A DNA stretch of 64,000 bases from Candidatus Binataceae bacterium (GTDB lineage Bacteria; Desulfobacterota; Binatia; Binatales; Binataceae). Numbering within the stretch: the stretch's first letter is position 1; the number at the start of each line of letters is the position of its first letter. The DNA lies in the NCBI GenBank assembly GCA_030038355.1, contig JASHPB010000273.1, positions 5,183-69,182 of the forward strand, given 5' to 3'. Below are positions 58,030 to 64,000 of this stretch, piece after piece. The position numbers and the translations under genes were made by a program. The notes beneath the pieces are model-generated. The model was not told where the DNA came from and did no database searches. It saw nothing but the letters and a program-made list of their open reading frames with translations.

Positions 58030-58953
58030 CCGCAAAGCGTGAGCGTTCCGGCGACTCTTGCGGCAGCAAGAAGCTGACGGCGCAGCCAGGTGTTGGCGGC
58101 ATCGCTGTCAGCGTTCTCGTGCCAGCAGAGAAGAGCGTCGAAAGTCGGGGCCTTGAGCGGAAACGGCAGGATCTGATTGTGGAACATTGCGTTGGCTACG
58201 CGTGCGTAGCGTTCGGCAATCGTCAGAAGCAGGTCGTCTGGCTGACTATTCGACACGCTGCAAAATGGTTCTGCCTGCGTAGCCGCACACGTCGACTCAG
58301 ATTGCGACGGTTCAACTCGAAATCCTCGGCGGTTTGACCTCGGCGGCGGCTGCTCACCATTGATGTGTTCCTGCCCGAGGTAGTTCTTCAACGAGAGTCC
58401 GCCGCACCCGGGGGTGAGCGCGTCGCGCCAGTAGCACGTACTTGCCCGCCATCAACGGCGCGCGCCGGATCTCGTCAGATAGCGGCAGCGAGACGTCGAT
58501 TGCCACACCAATCGAGCCGCCGGCGAGCTCGGCTTCGACATCCCTCCGATTTCAGTCTCACGGTAGAGAGGTCGACCATCGGAGCCGCGCCTGCGGCGCG
58601 CGGAGCAACTCGGGCAATATAGTGGCTTCGTGGATGTTGCGCATGCCGACAACGAAACGCCTTCGCATCCTTGACGGCGCGAACTTATCAACCCTCGCGA
58701 CGCCGGCTTCGAACTCCCGAAGTGGCCCGCCGCACTGGCTCAATCATCTTTCGAGCGCGGGAGTCGGGGCGACGGCGCGGCCGCGCCCCACGAAGAACGG
58801 ATCACGAAAGGTTTGGCGAAGGCGCCTCAGCGCGTGGCTGACTGCTGGTTGCGTAAGATGCAAACGCTCACTCGCGCGCGTCACACCGCCTGCAGAGAAG
58901 ATTGTCCCCCATTCGGTGTGGGATGAGCGAATTGCGGACGTACATTGTGCCAT
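58030..58953 (-). pseudogene. LysR-family regulator, 5'-truncated and frameshifted
   Basis: The HTH piece is [51 protein letters not shown], then TGA. FAPSRMRRRFVVGMRNIHEATILPELLRA continues in the same frame. Later pieces (YVLLARRAHPRV, LSLKNYLGQEHI, LPFPLKAPTFDALLCWHENADSDAANTWLRRQLL) are in other frames. The first ~15 aa and the start are missing. Confidence 0.6.
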
Positions 58954-59222
58954 CGAATCAGGCGCGGCTGCTTACATTGAAGGCGGCGTGGAAGATGGAT
59001 CAGGTTGGCAACAAGGCAGCGAAGGCCGAAATCGCCATGATCAAGATTGTCGTGCCGACTGTCACGCAAAGAGTCGTCGATATGGCGATTCAGACCTTCG
59101 GCGGAGGCGGCGTTGCCGACACCGTCCTGGCTCAAGCCTACATCTATGCTCGCGCGGGCCGCATCGTAGACGGTCCGGATGAAGTCCACCTCGCGCAACT
59201 GGCGCGACTCAAGCTGAAAAAG
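58926..59222 (+). pseudogene. 3' fragment (about 90 codons) of an acyl-CoA dehydrogenase gene
   Basis: [85 protein letters not shown] is the C-terminal helical domain only. No N-terminal or middle domain is present upstream. Confidence 0.6.
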
Positions 59223-59425
59223 TGCGCGAACTCCCGCGCCGAGCACACGGGCGTTTCAACGGTCCGTCACTGTTACCCAGGGGGTGGATCATCGACCAGA
59301 TGCCTGAGACGTCTTCGTCTTTTATTCACCATCTACGACGCCGATCGGAAAAAATGCGATTTGTTAGTCGATTCCGGATCTGCCCCGCGACTAGAGGATG
59401 AACGAACATCCCTGCGAGGTTTGTG

Positions 59426-59779
59426 ATGAGATATCTATGCGCCGTCTATTGTGAACCCGGAACGCTCGAAGCGCTGCCGGCCGATGAGAAGACAGCCCTC
59501 GATCGCGATTCCGTGGCCTACGACGTAGAATTGCGACGGCGGGGCCATTATATCGCGTCCGACGCGCTCCAGCCCGTGGCGGCAGCCAGAACGGTGCGCG
59601 TCAGGCGTGGCAGGGCGACGATCGTCGATGGTCCCTTCGCAGAAACCAAGGAGCATCTCGGCGGTTTCATCCTGATCGAGGCCAAGGACATCAAAGAGGC
59701 ACTCGCGATCGCCGAGAGAATTCCGATGGCAAAGTACGGCACGATCGAGGTGCGCCCGGTGATGAGGCTCACAACCTGA
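59426..59779 (+). CDS. YciI-family protein
   Basis: 117 aa with VDGPFAETKEHLGGFILIEAKDIKEALAIAERIP, typical of YciI/DGPF proteins. GAGG lies 6 nt before ATG 59426. Confidence 0.8.
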   Translation: MRYLCAVYCEPGTLEALPADEKTALDRDSVAYDVELRRRGHYIASDALQPVAAARTVRVRRGRATIVDGPFAETKEHLGGFILIEAKDIKEALAIAERIPMAKYGTIEVRPVMRLTT

Positions 59780-59821
59780 TTGCGTCTATGGTTCGGGATG
59801 CTCCGCGCGCCTGAAAGAAAA

Positions 59822-59856
59822 AGACCCCGCCTGGACTCTCTATGCAGGCTGGGTCT
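59822..59856 (-). terminator. Orphan terminator-like hairpin (U-tract only on the minus strand)
   Basis: AGACCCCGCCTG-N11-CAGGCTGGGTCT (12-bp stem, one mismatch). The minus-strand reading is followed by TTTTTCTTTC. No intact minus-strand gene lies upstream of it. Confidence 0.4.
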
Positions 59857-59934
59857 GCAGTCTGACACAGGAATTAACTAACAGACCTTCTGGACCTAAC
59901 TGTCTGTCAGATCATCTTCCAGCTTTTACACGTC

Positions 59935-60541
59935 ACCCATCACGCTTCCTGCTCAAGCAGCACCTGGAGAGGGTTGAACACCTGGAAAAGACCGAGGCCG
60001 AGTTCGAGGCGCAGATCGAGGCTGCGCTCGAACCCTTGCGTGGTGTCATCGAACGGCTCGTGACCATCCCGGGTGTGAGTGCCACGGCGGCGAGGGTAAT
60101 CGTGGCGCAGATTGGCGTCGACATGCAGCGCTTCCCGACCGTCGGCCACCTGATATCGTGGGCCAGCCTCTGCCCGAGGCTGAACCAAAGCGCGGGCAAG
60201 GTGAAGTCGCGGACCTTGCACAACGGCGCGCCCTGGCTCAAGACCGTACTGGTGCAATCGGCCTGGGCCGCCAGCCGTCCAAAGACGGCTATCTGCGCGC
60301 GCAGTTTCTCAGAATCAAATCGCGGTGCGGACCCAAGAAGGCGATCATCGCGGTGGCAGCTTCGATTCTAACCGCCGCCTACTACCTGGTGCGCGATCCG
60401 GTACCGTACAATGACCTCGGTCCGGTCTATCTGCTGCGCCTGGATCACGAACGGGCCGCGACGCGCCTCACTCAACGCCTGCGTAATCTCGGCTATGAAG
60501 TTGAGATCAGAAAGGCAGCAGTTAATTCTCGGTCTAAATGA
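59935..60541 (+). mobile_element. IS110-family transposase remnant (C-terminal half only, frameshifted)
   Basis: LVTIPGVSATAARVIVAQIGVDMQRFPTVGHLISWASLCPRLNQSAGKVKSRTLHNGAPWLKTVLVQSAWAASR, then in another frame KDGYLRAQFLRIKSRCGPKKAIIAVAASILTAAYYLV. The N-terminal DEDD catalytic domain is absent. Confidence 0.75.
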
Positions 60542-60719
60542 TTTCTTGGTAGTAAATCCAGTTCAGCTCGCGGCCGCAAATGAACGCAGGTATTCGAACC
60601 TTTCAAGTGAGTCGCATCGTAGAACTTTTCGAAACTTAGCTCGCAAATCGAAAGATATATCTAGCGTGATGCTTCCGACACGGGTTGCGATCATCCGGCG
60701 GCGGTAGAAATCTTTACAT

Positions 60720-61136
60720 ATGAAGACCGCTTCGATGATCTTGCTCGCGATAGCGTCAATTTTCCCGCGCGTTGTATCGGCGCAGATGGTGCCGCCGCCG
60801 CAGTTGAACGTCGCCCCCCACGCCGGTCCCACTGTCAGCAACGCCATGCCAATGCCGGCCGATCTGACGCAGCCGAACAAAGATGACAAGATCACCAAGA
60901 CCATCCAGCAAACCTTGGGGCAGGACAATAAACTCTCCCCACTGCTGAAGAACGTTCAGATTACCACTGACAACGGCGTCGTCACGCTGACCGGCCAGGT
61001 GATTAGCCTCGACAACCAGGAAAAGCTGGTCGACGCGGTTTCGCAGATCGTCGGCGCCACGAACGTTCGGGTTCAGCTCCAGATTGCCGGCGAGAAACCG
61101 GTGGGGCCGCAACCCGACTCGCCAGATACCGAGTAG
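60720..61136 (+). CDS. Exported BON-domain protein
   Basis: 138 aa. Signal peptide MKTASMILLAIASIFPRVVSA, and a BON-like core ITKTIQQTLGQDNKLSPLLKNVQITTDNGVVTLTGQVISLDNQEKLVDAVSQIVGATNVRVQLQI. Confidence 0.8.
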   Translation: MKTASMILLAIASIFPRVVSAQMVPPPQLNVAPHAGPTVSNAMPMPADLTQPNKDDKITKTIQQTLGQDNKLSPLLKNVQITTDNGVVTLTGQVISLDNQEKLVDAVSQIVGATNVRVQLQIAGEKPVGPQPDSPDTE

Positions 61137-61149
61137 CGGCGACCGCGCG

Positions 61150-61790
61150 CGTCCCTACTTTATTGCCAAGGTTCATCGTTCCTGGCATCACGCGAGGGCC
61201 CCCCGGTTTTCGCGGCGAACACTCTCCTCCCACGATGAATGCTCCAAGCCAATCGAAATTGAGCGTCAGGCGGGCGTTTGAAACCGCCTGGGTCGGTCTG
61301 ATCCCGCGTGTTCCAGCTCTATGGGCACATCGCGCGGACAGCAAGACGAAAATGTCGCCGAGGTGTTGAAACGTCACGGCTACACGACCGCCGCGATCGT
61401 CACCAATCCGGCGGCGCGTCTGAGCGTCACTGCGCGTCGACAATCTTTTTCGGTGCTGGCGCGGCCGCCGATGCGGCGCCTGCTTTTTCCGGGGACCTTT
61501 CTGCTGCAACTTCGGCAGAGCCGGCGCTTTGACGCTTTCGCCGGCTTCATGGTCAACGCCGTGTTGAGAAATTTCAGTTGGATCTCAAACGGACTGAATC
61601 GTGAGGCCTGGGTCGAAGCGCGTGCGGTATTCGCCTCAGCGGGAGATTTCAGCCGCGGCCGCCCGCCCTAATTTTCTTTGGATTCATCAGTAACACCACA
61701 TTTTCCGTATCTGACGAAGCGTCCTTTTCGCGGGGCGGTTCCTCGCAGGCGACGATTACAACACTGGCGGCATCGATCGCTCGGCAGCGG
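61150..61790 (+). pseudogene. Sulfatase / alkaline-phosphatase-superfamily gene remnant (5'-truncated, several frame changes)
   Basis: Short colinear family-like pieces sit in different frames: PTMNAPSQSKLSV (nucleophile region), ENVAEVLKRHGYTTAAIVTNP, RPNFLWIHQ, and TPHFPY. The spacing is consistent with sulfatase motif order. This is weak evidence. Confidence 0.35.
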
Positions 61791-61795
61791 AGCGG

Positions 61796-62703
61796 ATGCA
61801 AGCGCTGCTCTACGGCGCGGAGCTGGAAGCAGCCTGGTTCGAAACCCCGGCATTTGTCACGGCCACTGGCGCGCCGGCAGTTCGCTCCTCGACGGGATGA
61901 TCGCACTTGATGAGAACTTCATCACCCCGACCACGTATCAATGCTTAATCCGCAATCATTTCCTTTGCGCCCGATGCGCCGCGAGCTGTCAGCAGTGCGC
62001 CCCGCGGGCGATCGAATCGTTTCGAGTTTCACGCCCCAGGAAGAAGAGTTCGCGATGCTTTGCCTTGGATGGGTCTCGCCGTACGAGGCGCTTATCTTCG
62101 CGGCAGAGTTGAACAATCTAGCCGCGCTCTGCAGCCGCGACCAATTTGCCGACGCCGATCGAGAATTTTGGCTCACGAAGTTCACGGCGATCCTCAAAGA
62201 AGTGGCGCGCGGCGGCTCGGACAAGCGGCGGCTTCTCAAGTCTCCATCCAATTCATTCCGAATCGCGGCGCTTTGAAGACTTTTCCCGGAGTCGAGATTT
62301 GTCCAGATAGTCCGCGAGCCGACTGCGGTTGTGATGTCCACGCTCGAGATGTGGCAGACGATGTGGAAACGCCATGCACTGAGCGCGCCGCCCGATTCCC
62401 CGGCGACGCTCGAATCGATGATATCCGCGTACTTGCTTCTCGAGCGCGAGGCGGCGAACCTGCCCGCGCGCAGCTTCGTGACGATCAGGTATGAAGATAG
62501 GATTGCCGACCCGCATCAGACGATCGGCGGGCGATCTACCGCGGCCTGAATCTGGCTGGGCTAAGGATGCCCGATCGGAGGGATCGACGAAGTCTGCCCC
62601 ACCGCTGCGCGCGAATCGTGAGCCTGCGCCGAACGTGGCCGCCGCCGCGGTGCGCGAGCCATGCGCTGCGATTTTCGAGCGCTACGGTTACGCGCGTGCG
62701 TGA
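61796..62703 (+). pseudogene. Sulfotransferase-family gene with frameshifts and an in-frame TGA
   Basis: The colinear pieces are PAFVT, then GHWRAGSSLLDGMIALDENFITPTTYQ, then LNPQSFPL...EEEFAML...RRLLKSPSNSFRIAAL*(TGA 62274-76)RLFPESRFVQIVREPTAVVMSTLEMW...VTIRYEDRIADPHQTIGG, then ...AAAVREPCAAIFERYGYARA*. The PAPS-loop-like GHWR.GSS and SP.H/N..RI..L..FP motifs are recalled from the family. Confidence 0.6.
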
Positions 62704-62806
62704 TATCGAAGTTTGCGGTCTTTGACCGCAGCTCCTTCTCATTTGCCGCGCGCGGCTGGTTCGTGGCATTAGACGATTAATCCAACCGCCGCGGAGCATC
62801 CCAACG

Positions 62807-63973
62807 ATGAGCGCATCAACTGAACCGAGACACGAGCCCGCGCGCCGCATCCAGTACGCCTTCACCGACGAGCAGGAGCAATTCCGCGCCGCGCTGCGGC
62901 GATTTCTTACCGACAAATCTCCCACCACCGAGGTGCGCCGCCTGATGGCGACGGCCGAGGGCTACGACCCCGCGGTGTGGCGCCAGTTGAGCGACGAGCT
63001 CGCGTTGCCCGGAGTTCATATTGCGGAGAAGTACGGTGGCGCCGGATTCGGGATGGTCGAGCTATGCATCGTGACCGAGGAGCTCGGCCGCGCGCTTCTT
63101 TGCGCGCCGTATTTCTCGACCGCGGTGCTCGCGGCGAACGCGATTTTGAATGCCGGCAGCGAGACGCAGAAAAAAAGCCTGCTGCCCGATCTTGCTAGCG
63201 GCAAGCGCCTGGCGGCGCTCGCGATCACAGAGATCAACGGCAACTGGGATCCGAGCGCAATCGAGCTTACCGCCACTCCCGAGGGTGGCGGCTATCGCCT
63301 CAACGGAACGAAGAGCTACGTCGTCGACGGGCAGGTCGCGAATCTGCTCGTCGTTGCGGCCCGCCTGCCCGCGAGCGACGAGCGCCTCGCGATCTTCACG
63401 CTCGACGCGAGTTGGCCGGGCGTCGAGCGGCGCCTGCTCGATTCGATGGATCCGACGCGCAAGATCGCGCGGATCGATTTTCGCGGCGCGCGTGCCGATC
63501 TGCTTGGCAGCGTCGATGGCGGCGCGAGGGCGATCGCGCGCACGATGGACCAGGCTGCGATTGCGCTCGCTAATGAGATGATGGGCGGCGCGCAAGTGAT
63601 GCTCGACTCGGCGGTCGCATACTCGAAAATGCGCGTGCAGTTCGGGCGTCCGATTGGATCGTTCCAGGCAATCAAGCACAAGCTGGCCGACATGCTGCTG
63701 GATGTCGAGCTTGGAAAATCTGCCGCCTACTACGCGGCGCAGACCGCTGCGACCGAGGATCGTGAATGGCCCGCGATGGCGAGCCTCGCCAAAGCCGCTG
63801 CCACCGAAACGTATCTTCGCACCGCGCTGGACTGCATCCAGCTTCACGGGGGCATCGGATTCACCTGGGACAACGATACGCACCTATGGTTCAAGCGCGC
63901 CAAGAGTTCCGAGGCATTCCTCGGCGACGCGAATTATCATCGCGAGCTTTTAATGCAGCGCTGGGGAGTCTGA
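62807..63973 (+). CDS. Acyl-CoA dehydrogenase family protein
   Basis: 388 aa with FTDEQEQFRAALRRF, LNGTKSYVVDG, QFGRPIGSFQAIKHKLADM, and IQLHGGIGFTWDNDTHLWFKRA. Confidence 0.9.
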   Translation: MSASTEPRHEPARRIQYAFTDEQEQFRAALRRFLTDKSPTTEVRRLMATAEGYDPAVWRQLSDELALPGVHIAEKYGGAGFGMVELCIVTEELGRALLCAPYFSTAVLAANAILNAGSETQKKSLLPDLASGKRLAALAITEINGNWDPSAIELTATPEGGGYRLNGTKSYVVDGQVANLLVVAARLPASDERLAIFTLDASWPGVERRLLDSMDPTRKIARIDFRGARADLLGSVDGGARAIARTMDQAAIALANEMMGGAQVMLDSAVAYSKMRVQFGRPIGSFQAIKHKLADMLLDVELGKSAAYYAAQTAATEDREWPAMASLAKAAATETYLRTALDCIQLHGGIGFTWDNDTHLWFKRAKSSEAFLGDANYHRELLMQRWGV

Positions 63974-63975
63974 CG

Positions 63976-64000
63976 ATGAGCAATGTGAGTGAAGCCGAAG
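63976..64000 (+). CDS. Start of a further gene (partial, product unknown; position suggests a second ACAD subunit)
   Basis: ATG lies 2 nt after the upstream TGA, with GGGGAG 7 nt upstream. Only 8 codons (MSNVSEAE) are visible. Confidence 0.35.

Overview
GC-rich bacterial chromosomal segment. The gene content suggests a diderm organism (MlaA/MlaC homologues, lipobox lipoproteins, BON, RlpA-like). About 50 genes look intact and are dominated by redox and hydrolytic catabolism: six luciferase-like (LLM) flavin/F420 oxidoreductases, four alpha/beta hydrolases, an amidase, amidohydrolases, a CaiB-type CoA-transferase, an ADP-forming acyl-CoA synthetase, acyl-CoA dehydrogenases, a TauD / SsuD-like / FMN-reductase cluster and poxB. 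Signalling genes are dense: a sigma-54 activator that runs off the left edge, a FixL/FixJ-like pair, a CHASE3 hybrid kinase and orphan receivers. There is one four-gene tRNA operon (Pro-Arg-His-Lys, minus strand). I saw no rRNA, CRISPR array, prophage or intact mobile element, only a 5'-truncated IS110-family transposase remnant. Three observations stand out. (1) An operon couples an ABC-2-type transporter to MlaC and MlaA homologues with no MlaD/MlaE in the window. (2) Two diverged alpha/beta-hydrolase + LLM two-gene modules sit in inverted orientation about 5 kb apart. (3) Gene decay is heavy: by my reading about 15 loci are frameshifted, nonsense-interrupted or truncated. They concentrate at 40.6-47.8 kb and 56.8-62.7 kb, and one is a compensated double frameshift hidden inside an ORF that looks intact in the ORF track. 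Limits: all family calls come from motif recognition by eye and no search was run. Pseudogene boundaries and frameshift positions are approximate (about +/-10-30 nt). Several indels sit in homopolymer runs, so assembly error has to be excluded with reads.
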